A DNA stretch of 64,000 nt from a virus, in the IMG/VR virus record IMGVR_UViG_3300018053_000002, positions 1-64,000 of that record; one strand, given 5' to 3'. Under the pieces are notes generated by a model. That model saw only the letters and a program-made list of their open reading frames with translations. It was not told where the DNA came from and made no database searches. Within the stretch, counting starts at the first letter, position 1; each line of letters opens with the position of its first letter. This document shows positions 25,813 to 35,131 of this stretch, piece by piece. The translations under genes were made by a program, and so were the position numbers.

Positions 25813-27399
25813 ATGACGTCTGTCCCGACGATGACTGTGCCTGTCCGGACCTGGGACCACCGGGCGGACTCGAAAGAGCCCTACGGTCCTGCGTCGAAAG
25901 CCCACTATGCCGACCCCGGCTACCAGAAGGACGGTCAGAAGCGCTACCCGCTCGACTCCGAGGACCATTGTCGAGCTGCCTGGTCGTACATCAATCAAGC
26001 GGCCAACGCAGCCAAGTACACGCCCGACGAGCTGGCCCGGATCAAGGGCCGGATCAAGGCTGCCGGGAAGAAATATGGCATCGAGTTCTCCGACCAGCGG
26101 TCACGGTCGCTGCGGTTCTTTGATGAGAGCAAGTACGAACGTGACCCCAAGAATCAGCCAACCGGCGGCCAGTTCAAGACCAAGGCTGCGGAGAAGGCAC
26201 CGGCCAAAAAGACTACCAAGAAGGCGCCCGCCAAGAAGGCGACGACGCGTCGGCCCGCAGCCAAGAAGGCTGAGTCATCTAAGGGTGATATGGCCTATGA
26301 CCCGGACACCGGGCGTGGTCCTGGCTACGGCACAGCCGGTGGCGATGCGCGGGTCAAGCAGCTTCAGACCGCTCTGAACCGGCTGGGTCTTACCGATTCA
26401 CGTGGCCAGAAGCTCAAGGTCGACGGGAAGTTGGGTCCCAAGACCACCCAAGCCATCAAAGCAGCACAACGACGCCTCGGCATGAAGGCGGATGGACGGG
26501 TGACTCCTGCCATGCTAGCTCAATTCTCCGGCGCCAAGTCGCTGTCTAAGAGAGCGAAACCCAAGAACTGCACCTGTGGGTCCGTGGAATGCATCGCCGA
26601 CGAATGTGGGGATGACACGGAGTACCGCCGGACTGTGCCAGACGTCTGCGTGCGCGCGTTCGACTTCGAGTCACGTTCTCGCGGTGGCGATGGGCGCACG
26701 CTGGAGGGCTACGTGGCGGTGTTCGGTGCTGTTGCGCGGATCGCTTCCAGTCAGGGCGGTGACTTCGACGAGGAGATCCATCGCGGCGCATTCGACGACT
26801 CGCTGGGACGCTCTTTCCCGGTAATGCAGTTCGACCATGGTCGTGACACCCGTGTCGGGTCAGTGCCGATCGGGGTCTATGAGGTGTTCGAGCCCGACAG
26901 TCGTGGCTACTTCGTCCGCGGCAAGCTGCTCGACAACCCCGTCGTGGAGCCGGTCCGGCAGGCCATTACCGCGGGCGCCATCCGTGGCATGAGCTGGCGG
27001 ATGATGGTCGACCCCGCCAAGGGGTCCCGATGGACCCGTCGCAGTGGCCAGGTCGACAAGCGCGATGTGATCCGGGCCGATGTTCCGGAAGCCGGGCCCG
27101 TCGTTTTCCCGGCCTATGACGCCACTACTGTTTCTGTCCGCTCGATCCTCGCGGCAATGCCAGAAGAGGAACGAGCGGCACTCGTCCGTGAGCTTGCAGC
27201 CGAGGTTCGGCTCGCCGTGGACCTTAATGACTTCACCGGGCGATCGAGTGCATGGAGCACAGATGGCGGTGAACTCGGCCCCGAACGGCAGGAGCCAGAG
27301 GAGCCAACCAGCACAGACATAACCGCCCGCTTCCATGACCCTGATCCGGCTCAAGCCGGTAGGGAACGGTTGCTACGCCTACAAGGAGTTCTTAAGTGA
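25813..27399 (+). CDS. Prohead protease (HK97 gp4-like) with N-terminal DUF6582-like and peptidoglycan-binding domains
   Basis: LEGY.AVF, FDHG...PIG, GMSW, E.GPV.FPAY..T; YADPG..KRYPLD; VKQLQTALN...DG..GPKT..AI...Q PGBD. Confidence 0.88.
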   Translation: MTSVPTMTVPVRTWDHRADSKEPYGPASKAHYADPGYQKDGQKRYPLDSEDHCRAAWSYINQAANAAKYTPDELARIKGRIKAAGKKYGIEFSDQRSRSLRFFDESKYERDPKNQPTGGQFKTKAAEKAPAKKTTKKAPAKKATTRRPAAKKAESSKGDMAYDPDTGRGPGYGTAGGDARVKQLQTALNRLGLTDSRGQKLKVDGKLGPKTTQAIKAAQRRLGMKADGRVTPAMLAQFSGAKSLSKRAKPKNCTCGSVECIADECGDDTEYRRTVPDVCVRAFDFESRSRGGDGRTLEGYVAVFGAVARIASSQGGDFDEEIHRGAFDDSLGRSFPVMQFDHGRDTRVGSVPIGVYEVFEPDSRGYFVRGKLLDNPVVEPVRQAITAGAIRGMSWRMMVDPAKGSRWTRRSGQVDKRDVIRADVPEAGPVVFPAYDATTVSVRSILAAMPEEERAALVRELAAEVRLAVDLNDFTGRSSAWSTDGGELGPERQEPEEPTSTDITARFHDPDPAQAGRERLLRLQGVLK

Positions 27400-28883
27400 G
27401 CACCGCCACTCGCACCGCCGTTCGTGATGACGACGGCAACCGCGGGTTCGACCTGACCATGGAGGACCTGCAAAACAAGACACCGGAGGATCTGCGCGAC
27501 ATCATCAGCATCACGGAGGCTCACCTTCGCGAGCTGCACCAGGACGAGCGTGGTTCCCTGCGCATCCTGGACGAGGCCGAGCAGGCTGCATTCGACATTG
27601 CCATGGAGATCCGCAACGCGGCCATGGACATGCTCGACAAGCACAACGAGATCCGGTCCGTGCTCCAGCGCCGGCCAAAGTCGGTTGAGCGTGCGCTGTC
27701 CAGCATGGGCCACCGTGATGACGACCCGTACTCGAACGTGCGGCGTATGACCCATGCCGAGGCTCGTGACAAGGCACTTCGGGTGCTGGACACGCGCGAG
27801 GCTAAGTCGTCGCTCAGCGCTCCGCAGATGGACCAGGTTGAGAAGCAGGTCCGTCGGGACTCTGACATCGCCAAGCGGTTGCTGGTCACCGAGACCGAGC
27901 ACTACCGCAGCGCATGGATGAAGGTTGTCACCGATCCCAACGGGATGGGTCTGCTCGACGACGAGGAGCGTAACGCCCTTCGCGCCTACCAGGAATACCG
28001 GGCAATGTCCGAAGGTGTCACCACCGCAGGTGGATTCGGAATCCCCGTATTCATCGACCCATCTATTATCCTCACTGCCCAGGAATCGGGCAACCCGTTC
28101 CTCACCCTGGCCCGTCAGGTCACCGTCAACACGAACGCCTGGAAAGGTGTCTCGTCCGCCGGTGTCACCTGGCAGTTCCAGGCCGAGGCGGCCACGGCCA
28201 CGGACGCAAGCCCGGTGCTCGCTCAGCCGTCTGTCACAGTGTTCATGGCTCGTGGTCTGATCCCCTTCTCCATCGAGGTTGGCCAGGACTACCCGTCCTT
28301 CGCCGACGAGATGGCGACTCTGCTCGCGGCCGGTTACGACGAGCTGCTCGTGGACAAGTTCACGCGCGGCTCTGGCTCCAACGAGCCGAGGGGCATCCTC
28401 ACGGCCCTGTCCGCCAACACAAACGTCCGCATCACGCTGACGACTTCTGGCTCCATCGGTTCGCCTGACCCGTACAAGGTGTGGGCGGCCCTTCCCCAGA
28501 AATTCCGTCGTCGCGCCAACTGGCTTATGTCGGTTGACGTCAACAACAAGTTCCGCCAGCTCGGTACTGCGAACGTGTTCCATGCGTACACGCAGAACCT
28601 TCCGGCGGAATGGGCGGACATTCTGTTCGGTAAGGGTGTCTACGAGAGCCCGTACATGCCGGACTCGACCACCTCGACCTCTGCGACGACTGGTCTGGCC
28701 GTCGTTGGGGACTGGCAGAACTACGTCCTGGCCCGGCGCGGCGGCATGACCGTCGAGCTGATCCAGAACTTGGTTGACGTGACCACCAACATGCCGACCG
28801 GCCAGCGCGCCTGGTTCGGGTACGCACGTATCGGTGGCAACTCGGTCAACGACCTCGGCTTCCGGCTGTTGGTCAACACCTGA
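27396..28883 (+). CDS. Major capsid protein (HK97 fold, N-terminal delta domain)
   Basis: RAMS...GGF.IP, G.G..EP.GI, LFG..V, GDW..Y...R, R.GG motifs; follows protease. Confidence 0.95.
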   Translation: MSTATRTAVRDDDGNRGFDLTMEDLQNKTPEDLRDIISITEAHLRELHQDERGSLRILDEAEQAAFDIAMEIRNAAMDMLDKHNEIRSVLQRRPKSVERALSSMGHRDDDPYSNVRRMTHAEARDKALRVLDTREAKSSLSAPQMDQVEKQVRRDSDIAKRLLVTETEHYRSAWMKVVTDPNGMGLLDDEERNALRAYQEYRAMSEGVTTAGGFGIPVFIDPSIILTAQESGNPFLTLARQVTVNTNAWKGVSSAGVTWQFQAEAATATDASPVLAQPSVTVFMARGLIPFSIEVGQDYPSFADEMATLLAAGYDELLVDKFTRGSGSNEPRGILTALSANTNVRITLTTSGSIGSPDPYKVWAALPQKFRRRANWLMSVDVNNKFRQLGTANVFHAYTQNLPAEWADILFGKGVYESPYMPDSTTSTSATTGLAVVGDWQNYVLARRGGMTVELIQNLVDVTTNMPTGQRAWFGYARIGGNSVNDLGFRLLVNT

Positions 28884-28901
28884 TCCTTCTCCCCCTTCCC
28901 C

Positions 28902-28951
28902 GTCGAGGAGTCCCGAGCTATTTCCCCCTCTGTGGCTCGGGACTCCTCGAC
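28902..28951 (+). terminator. 17-bp stem-loop after the capsid gene (terminator/stabiliser)
   Basis: GTCGAGGAGTCCCGAGC / GCTCGGGACTCCTCGAC. Confidence 0.7.
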
Positions 28952-28969
28952 ACCCTTAAAGGAGCACTC

Positions 28970-29275
28970 ATGTCCGACGCGACCACCAAGGCTGAAGAAA
29001 AGGCCGAGGCTAAGGCTGAAGCCAAGGCCGAGGCTGCCGAGATCAAGAAGGCCGAGGTTGAGGCTAAGGCTGAAGCCAAGGCGGCTGCCGAGCTGGCTCC
29101 GGCGTCGGACTCCGGCGACCCGGACGTACATCACCTGCTCGCGCAGCGCCAGGCCCACGAGATGAACGTGGCCACCCTCATGACGCCGGTCGACGAGGCT
29201 GCGGTCAAGGCGTCTAAGGACGCGATCGAGGCCATTGACGACCAGCTTGCCAAGCTCGGAGTCAGTGCGAAATGA
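28970..29275 (+). CDS. Ala/Glu/Lys-rich head-associated protein
   Basis: AAGGAG RBS; AEAK repeats. Confidence 0.75.
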   Translation: MSDATTKAEEKAEAKAEAKAEAAEIKKAEVEAKAEAKAAAELAPASDSGDPDVHHLLAQRQAHEMNVATLMTPVDEAAVKASKDAIEAIDDQLAKLGVSAK

Positions 29276-29508
29276 AGGTTGTATACGCACGGGCGCGGTT
29301 CATTCCGGGTGGTTACGGCGGCGTGGTGGAGTTCGGTACCCACTGGCCGGCAGACGATCCGATAGTCGCGGCGCACCCAGATATGTTCTCGGCCGACCCG
29401 GGCTTTGGGTTGGCGTACTCCGTCCCGCCAGCAGAGTTGCTGGACCCACCCGTCGAGATGGCCAGTGCGGCGCCAGGTGAGAGGCGCGCGGCGGTCAGAC
29501 GTTCGTAA
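29272..29508 (+). CDS. Small head-associated protein (DP.V..HP..F...A.A.PGERR)
   Basis: Motif typical of genes after the MCP; ATGA coupling. Confidence 0.7.
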   Translation: MKVVYARARFIPGGYGGVVEFGTHWPADDPIVAAHPDMFSADPGFGLAYSVPPAELLDPPVEMASAAPGERRAAVRRS

Positions 29509-29600
29509 TCGCCTCCGGCCCCGGCTGCTTGGAATGGTCGGCTGGGGCCGGAGGTCAACCATTCCGGAGGATCAGCTTGAACGCGTTATCGCTTGCGTCG

Positions 29601-30440
29601 ATGGGAATCGACGAGTCAGTAGAGATTCAGCCCGAACCACAACCACAACCCGCACAACCACAACCACAACCTGAGCTTGACGACCTACCGGACCGGTCTG
29701 AGTCCGTCGCGCTCGCGTATGTCTGCGGCAACCAGGTGGCCTACTCGTGGCACGTGAGCATGTGGCAGCTCGACCGGTACGACATCGCCAACCATGGTCG
29801 GATTGTGCGCGGTGGGCTCATCCCGATGCGGCACGGCAGTGATGGCCTGGTGGAGGCCCGCAACAGGGTGATCCAGGAGTTCCTTGGAGATGATCGGGCG
29901 GACTGGTTGTTCTGGGTCGATACCGACATGGCCTTCGAGCCGGACACAGTAGATCGGCTGTTCCAGGCTGCCGACCCGATCGAGCGGCCCATGGTAGGGG
30001 CATTGTGCTTCTCCCAGCGTGAGGTCGAGACGGACGGAATAGGTGGCTGGCGCACCCTGGCCACGCCGACTGTCTTCTACTGGGCTCACGACGGTGACCA
30101 GCAGGGCTTTGCTGTCCGTTGGGACTATCCCTCGAACACGGTCGTTCGTTGTGGCGGGACCGGCGCCGCGTGCGTGCTGATACACCGGTCGGTGTTCGAG
30201 CGGGTGGCCGATAAGTACGGGCCTATCTGGTACGACCGAGTACCCAACACGACCACCGGACAACTGGTTGGGGAGGACCTCTCGTTCTGCTTGAGGGTGG
30301 GTGCGCTCGACATCCCGATTCACGTGCACACCGGTGTTCGGACGACGCACCTTAAACCGGTCTGGCTCTCTGAAGAGACCTATTGGCGCGAGCGGGCTCT
30401 GGAACCCCCACCGGCGAAGCTCGGTGAGGTCGATGGCTGA
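29601..30440 (+). CDS. GT-A fold glycosyltransferase
   Basis: RN...WLFWVDTD (DxD); G.G.ACVLIHRSVF; GEDLSFC; H.K; start uncertain. Confidence 0.82.
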   Translation: MGIDESVEIQPEPQPQPAQPQPQPELDDLPDRSESVALAYVCGNQVAYSWHVSMWQLDRYDIANHGRIVRGGLIPMRHGSDGLVEARNRVIQEFLGDDRADWLFWVDTDMAFEPDTVDRLFQAADPIERPMVGALCFSQREVETDGIGGWRTLATPTVFYWAHDGDQQGFAVRWDYPSNTVVRCGGTGAACVLIHRSVFERVADKYGPIWYDRVPNTTTGQLVGEDLSFCLRVGALDIPIHVHTGVRTTHLKPVWLSEETYWRERALEPPPAKLGEVDG

Positions 30441-31104
30441 GCTACTGATGCTCGTACCTTCACGTGGCCGTCCGGACAATATCGTTGCCCTGCTGGAGTC
30501 CTGGCAGGTCACCTCGGGTGGAGCGGCGGAACTGCTCGTTGCGGTCGACGACGATGACCCCGAGCTGGACCGGTACCGCGCGCTCGACGTCAGCCTGGAG
30601 GTCGGACCGCGGCTGCGGCTGGGGCCCACGCTCAACAAGCTCGCCGTCGAGCGGGCGCGCGACCACTTCGCGATCGGGTTCCTTGGAGACGACCACCGGC
30701 TGCGTACGAAGGGCTGGGACCAGTTCATCGTCAAGGAGCTGCACGATCTCGGTACCGGCATCGTCTACGGTGACGACCTCCTGCAACGGGAGCGGCTCCC
30801 CACCGCGGTGGCGATGACCTCGGACATCATCACGACGCTGGGCTACATGGTTCCGCCGGGGCTGATCCATATGTACGCGGACAACGCCTGGCTGGTGCTC
30901 GGTAAGGAACTGGGGCGTATCCGCTACCTGCCTGACGTCGTGATCGAGCATATGCATCCTATCGCCGGCAAGGCGCCCGTGGACGTCGGGTATGCCGAGG
31001 TGAACTCGCCTGGAATGTACGCGCGGGATGGGGCTGTCTTCCAGCGGTGGCTACGGGAGCGTATGTCGACCGACGTGGCGCGGCTCAAGGAGATCCTCCA
31101 GTGA
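30433..31104 (+). CDS. GT2-family glycosyltransferase
   Basis: VPSRGRP, VDDDD, LGDDH, Y.DN, EH.HP. Confidence 0.85.
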   Translation: MAELLMLVPSRGRPDNIVALLESWQVTSGGAAELLVAVDDDDPELDRYRALDVSLEVGPRLRLGPTLNKLAVERARDHFAIGFLGDDHRLRTKGWDQFIVKELHDLGTGIVYGDDLLQRERLPTAVAMTSDIITTLGYMVPPGLIHMYADNAWLVLGKELGRIRYLPDVVIEHMHPIAGKAPVDVGYAEVNSPGMYARDGAVFQRWLRERMSTDVARLKEILQ

Positions 31105-31670
31105 TGCGCCAGCGTTTGCGGCCGATGCCGACCGCGGAAGACCTGGCCGTCCTCTACGCTCAACCCCACCAGCACGAGCGGTGGATCGATCACAAGATCC
31201 GTGTCGACGTGACGACCACCCTGGCCGGGCGAATGCTGCGTGATCGCGGTGTTGTGGCCGATCTCTCGTGCGGGGACGCCGCCATCGCCCGACGGCTGGC
31301 CCGTACTCACGGCGCCCGGCTGATCCTCGGTGACCTCGCGCCCGGCTACGAGCGCACCGGCCCGATTGAGACCACTATCCATACCTTGTCGCGCCGGCAG
31401 GCTGATCTGTTCATCTGCTCTGAGACGATCGAGCACCTTGACGACCCGGACGCGGTATTGACGGTGATCCGTGAGAAGACCGATTACCTGATCCTGTCCA
31501 CACCCGACGGCGAAACCGATGACCGGAATCCCGAGCATATCTGGGGCTGGGATGCCGAGGCCGTCGAGAAGATACTCCGGGACGCCGGGTTCACGCCACT
31601 GATCCACAACACACTGGACTTTCGTCCGGCTGGCTACCAGTACGCCTATCAGATCTGGACATGCCGATGA
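31104..31670 (+). CDS. Class I SAM-dependent methyltransferase
   Basis: DLSCGD; SETIEHL.DP; STP; EH.W. Confidence 0.85.
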   Translation: MRQRLRPMPTAEDLAVLYAQPHQHERWIDHKIRVDVTTTLAGRMLRDRGVVADLSCGDAAIARRLARTHGARLILGDLAPGYERTGPIETTIHTLSRRQADLFICSETIEHLDDPDAVLTVIREKTDYLILSTPDGETDDRNPEHIWGWDAEAVEKILRDAGFTPLIHNTLDFRPAGYQYAYQIWTCR

Positions 31671-32239
31671 CCGAGTGGAAGCTCTACCAGGGTGACGTGG
31701 CGCACGTGTCGACATCCGAGTTCCACGAGCACCGTGAACGTGCCACGCATCTGGAGCAGGAAGTTCATCGACCTCGGCTGGAGCACGCGGCACAGCTCGT
31801 GCGCATGGTCGGACAATCGGTTTCCGACCTTGGATGTGGCGACGGCGGGCTACTGTCCTTGATCCCGGATCTGGACGCCTGGGGCTACGACTTCGCGCCA
31901 GCCAATGTGGCCGGGTGGGACGAGCGCGGCGTTCGGGCGGAATTCCTGGACGTGTTCGGTGCCGACCGGGACAAGGTTGTATTCGGTGTGACCACCGTGG
32001 TCACCGAGGTGCTCGAACATCTCACCGACCCGCACGCTGAGCTGCGTTGGATCGTCCGGCACTCCCCGTTCATCGTCGCGTCCTCACCGTGGACCGAGAA
32101 CGACCAGCACCACGACGAGTGCCACGCTTGGGCCTGGGATCAGAACGGCTACCGGGATCTGGTCGAACAGGCGGGTTACCGGGTGCTGCGTCATGACCTC
32201 GTCAACCAGTTCCAGATCATCCTGGGGATGCAGGCATGA
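31667..32239 (+). CDS. Class I SAM-dependent methyltransferase
   Basis: DLGCGDGG; EVLEHL.DP; SSP; H.W. Confidence 0.88.
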   Translation: MTEWKLYQGDVAHVSTSEFHEHRERATHLEQEVHRPRLEHAAQLVRMVGQSVSDLGCGDGGLLSLIPDLDAWGYDFAPANVAGWDERGVRAEFLDVFGADRDKVVFGVTTVVTEVLEHLTDPHAELRWIVRHSPFIVASSPWTENDQHHDECHAWAWDQNGYRDLVEQAGYRVLRHDLVNQFQIILGMQA

Positions 32240-33099
32240 AGGCCCTGGTAACCGGCAGTGCCGGGTTCATCGGTCGGCACTTCGCCACCGAGCTTGCCTC
32301 CCGTGGCTACCGGGTGACCTCGTGTGATGTGGACTCGGTCCAGGACGCGTTCACCCGGTTCCGGCGCAATGACACCCAGTTTGATCTGGTGGTACACGCT
32401 GCCGCCCGTGAGCCGCACCGTGCCGCTATCGAGGGGCAACCGGCTACGTTCCCTTACAACGTCGCGCTGGATGCGTCCATGTTCGACTGGGCGGTCCGGA
32501 CGGGGCAGGGCCGGGTGCTCTACCTCTCCTCGTCGGCGGTCTACCCGGTGGACACGCAGACCGGCAACCCCGCCATGTCTCTGCTTGAAGACCTCGTGGT
32601 GCTCGACTCCGCTGAGGAGCCCGACGCGCGCTACGGCTGGGCGAAGCTGACCGGGGAACGGATGGCGGTCGCGGCGAGTGAAGCCGGACTGGCCGTGCAC
32701 GTCGTAAGGCCCTTCAGCGGTTATGGAGAGGACCAGGACGAGCGTTGGCCGTTCGGTGCACTCATGGGCCGGGCCCGGCGCCGGGAGGACCCGTACGTTA
32801 TCTGGGGGCCCGGTATCCAGGTACGGGACTGGGTTCACGTCGATGATGTCGTCGCGGCGTCGCTGGCCGTGATCGAGGCCGACGTCCTGGGGCCGGTCAA
32901 CATCTGTACGGGTATCGGCACGTCGATGTTGGACCTGGCGGCCATGGCCTGCGAGCGGGTCGGCTATAGCCCGCGCTTCGAGCTGCATCGGGAAGCACCT
33001 ACCGGCGTCATGTACCGGGTCGGTGACCCCACGCGGATGCAGGAGCACTACGTGCCGAAGATCGGCCTGGACGAAGGTGTCTCGCGCGCTCTCGCCTGA
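32236..33099 (+). CDS. NAD-dependent nucleotide-sugar epimerase/dehydratase
   Basis: TGSAGFIG, SSSAVY, YGWAK, RPFSGYG, RDWVHVDD. Confidence 0.93.
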   Translation: MKALVTGSAGFIGRHFATELASRGYRVTSCDVDSVQDAFTRFRRNDTQFDLVVHAAAREPHRAAIEGQPATFPYNVALDASMFDWAVRTGQGRVLYLSSSAVYPVDTQTGNPAMSLLEDLVVLDSAEEPDARYGWAKLTGERMAVAASEAGLAVHVVRPFSGYGEDQDERWPFGALMGRARRREDPYVIWGPGIQVRDWVHVDDVVAASLAVIEADVLGPVNICTGIGTSMLDLAAMACERVGYSPRFELHREAPTGVMYRVGDPTRMQEHYVPKIGLDEGVSRALA

Positions 33100-33616
33100 C
33101 ATCACGGTCATCACGCCGACCGTGCCGGGCCGGGAAACTCTGCTCAATGAATGTGTCGCCAGTGTTGAGGCTGTCGGTCTGAAGCACCTGGTCCAGCTCG
33201 ACGTCGAGCATAAGGGCCCCGTTGCGGTACGCAACCGACTGATTCAGCAGGTGGCTACTAAGTGGACTCTTTTCCTCGACGACGACGACCTGCTTTACCC
33301 CGGTTATCTCACGACCGTGCGCGCGCACCTGGCAACGGCCGACGTCGTCTACACGGCCTGGGACCTGTCCGGTGCCGATGAGCCCCAACCACACCCCTGG
33401 TTCGATGCCGAGCTGCTACTGGTGCGCAACTTCATCCCCGTGACTGCGTGCGTGAGAACGGTGGCGCTGCGCGCGGTGGGCGGTTTCCCGGATGCGCGGT
33501 TCGAGGACCACGAGCTGTGGAAGCTGCTCCTGGCTCGCGGATACCGCTTTACGTATGTCCCGGTCGTCGCCTGGTGCTACCGGAGATTTCCTGGCTCACG
33601 ATCGGAGATGCGATGA
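33077..33616 (+). CDS. GT2-family glycosyltransferase
   Basis: ITVITPT, RN, FLDDDD, GGF...ED..LW. Confidence 0.85.
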   Translation: MSRALSPDITVITPTVPGRETLLNECVASVEAVGLKHLVQLDVEHKGPVAVRNRLIQQVATKWTLFLDDDDLLYPGYLTTVRAHLATADVVYTAWDLSGADEPQPHPWFDAELLLVRNFIPVTACVRTVALRAVGGFPDARFEDHELWKLLLARGYRFTYVPVVAWCYRRFPGSRSEMR

Positions 33617-34248
33617 CTGCCGTCATTACCGACCTCTGCAAGAATGCGCTGCTTGACAGTGCGGTGGCGGCTGGGCTTAACACCACCCCGCATATGTCGT
33701 TGCATACCGGCTTCCCACCAGCGGGTGGCAACGAGCTGACCGGTGGCTCCCCGGCGTACGCGCGGCAACCGTTCACCTGGAATGCCGCTGGCTCTGGTGC
33801 GAGATCGATTGCCGCGAGCGAGACGTTTGATGTCGCGGCCGGTACCACCGTCCGGTCCGTGGCCGTCTACGACGCGCTCACCTCCGGCACGCAGAAGTGC
33901 TGGAGTCCGGCCGGTGCGTCGGCGAGACGAGCATTTGCCGTTATTGCCGCCGACCTGGCCGGTAACACGATCCAAAGCCCAGCGCATGGCCTGACCACCA
34001 ATGACCGGGTTTTGTTTTGGCCGACTATCGGTGCCGCGCTGCCGACCGGATTGTCGGAGGATACCGAATACTTCGTCATCGCTGCGGGCCTGACCACTGA
34101 CGTGTTTGAGGTGTCTACCACTCAGGGCGGCTCGGCCGTGGATATTACCGCCATTGGTGACGGTGACGTTCAGAAATACGTGGCGGAAGTGTTCGCCGGC
34201 CAGGGCACCTATCAGGTTTCAACCTTCACTGTTTCGCTGCCGGGCTAA
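33613..34248 (+). CDS. Virion structural protein (fibre/decoration-like)
   Basis: LHT..P...E..GG..YAR pattern plus HGL...D.V...LP.GL...YFV beta domain. Confidence 0.6.
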   Translation: MTAVITDLCKNALLDSAVAAGLNTTPHMSLHTGFPPAGGNELTGGSPAYARQPFTWNAAGSGARSIAASETFDVAAGTTVRSVAVYDALTSGTQKCWSPAGASARRAFAVIAADLAGNTIQSPAHGLTTNDRVLFWPTIGAALPTGLSEDTEYFVIAAGLTTDVFEVSTTQGGSAVDITAIGDGDVQKYVAEVFAGQGTYQVSTFTVSLPG

Positions 34249-34259
34249 GAGGAGCTGAC

Positions 34260-34796
34260 ATGCCACGCCAGTATTGGGGTGCTCCGCTCCCACCGTTGCA
34301 CATCCTCGACGGGGCGGCGTACAACACATCGGTCACGCTCACCGACGTGTCCCGGGCGCCACAGAAACAGTTCGCGGCGATGCAACTCGAAGAGGGCACC
34401 GAACTTGAGTTGAGTGCCCATGGTCTGTTCTCTAACACGGGCACACCCACGTTGTTGTTGGGTTTCTACTACGGCGGTGTTGCGGGTGTGGCGCTGGCCG
34501 CGACCTCGGCAATCACGACGACCACTGGCGCGGCGTCCTGGCCATGGCGGCTCTACTACCGGGGCCGCGTCCGGGCGACTGGCACATCCGGGTCAATCAA
34601 CGGTGACGGGTACATCATGCTCGGCACCTCCTTGCTCGCGTTTACAGTGCGGCCGATCCCGGAAACCTTAGCGGCGCGGACGGTGACAATCGACACCACG
34701 ATCGTCAAAACACTCACCGTGGGCGCTCAGTGGGGTACCAGCTCAGCGAGCAACACACTTACCTGTAACGACCTTTCCGTCGTCCTGATCAGCTAG
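34260..34796 (+). CDS. Virion structural protein (beta-rich)
   Basis: T/G/A-rich beta pattern; GAGGAG RBS; location. Confidence 0.6.
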   Translation: MPRQYWGAPLPPLHILDGAAYNTSVTLTDVSRAPQKQFAAMQLEEGTELELSAHGLFSNTGTPTLLLGFYYGGVAGVALAATSAITTTTGAASWPWRLYYRGRVRATGTSGSINGDGYIMLGTSLLAFTVRPIPETLAARTVTIDTTIVKTLTVGAQWGTSSASNTLTCNDLSVVLIS

Positions 34797-34802
34797 GAGG
34801 AG

Positions 34803-35111
34803 TTGGCTGTGGCCATCGGTTACCCGATCACCAAGATCGGACTTGACAATACCATGGGCGGTCTGGTCGTGGGGCTCCGCGACGCCCTTAACGCCTGTGT
34901 GGCATTTAAGGCGAACCTGGACGACACGGCCATTCTGCCTGACGCGGTTCTTACCTCGCTGGGCTATGGCAGCGGTGAGATCACCACGATTCGAGCGTCG
35001 TTTACCGACCTGAAGAAGCTCTCCGACATTGCTCGGGCGGCAGCGACCCAGTCACCGGCCTCGGACTTCTGGTTCAACGCCAAGCTGCTCGCCGGCACGA
35101 ACCTTCACTAG
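34803..35111 (+). CDS. Hypothetical structural-region protein
   Basis: AGGAGGAG RBS, TTG start. Confidence 0.65.
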   Translation: MAVAIGYPITKIGLDNTMGGLVVGLRDALNACVAFKANLDDTAILPDAVLTSLGYGSGEITTIRASFTDLKKLSDIARAAATQSPASDFWFNAKLLAGTNLH

Positions 35112-35131
35112 CCCGCCCGGGGGGCTGAGCC

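Noticed and set aside
31104-32239. DNA methyltransferases
   Set aside because: No DPPY/NPPY or PC motifs; they resemble small-molecule or sugar methyltransferases.
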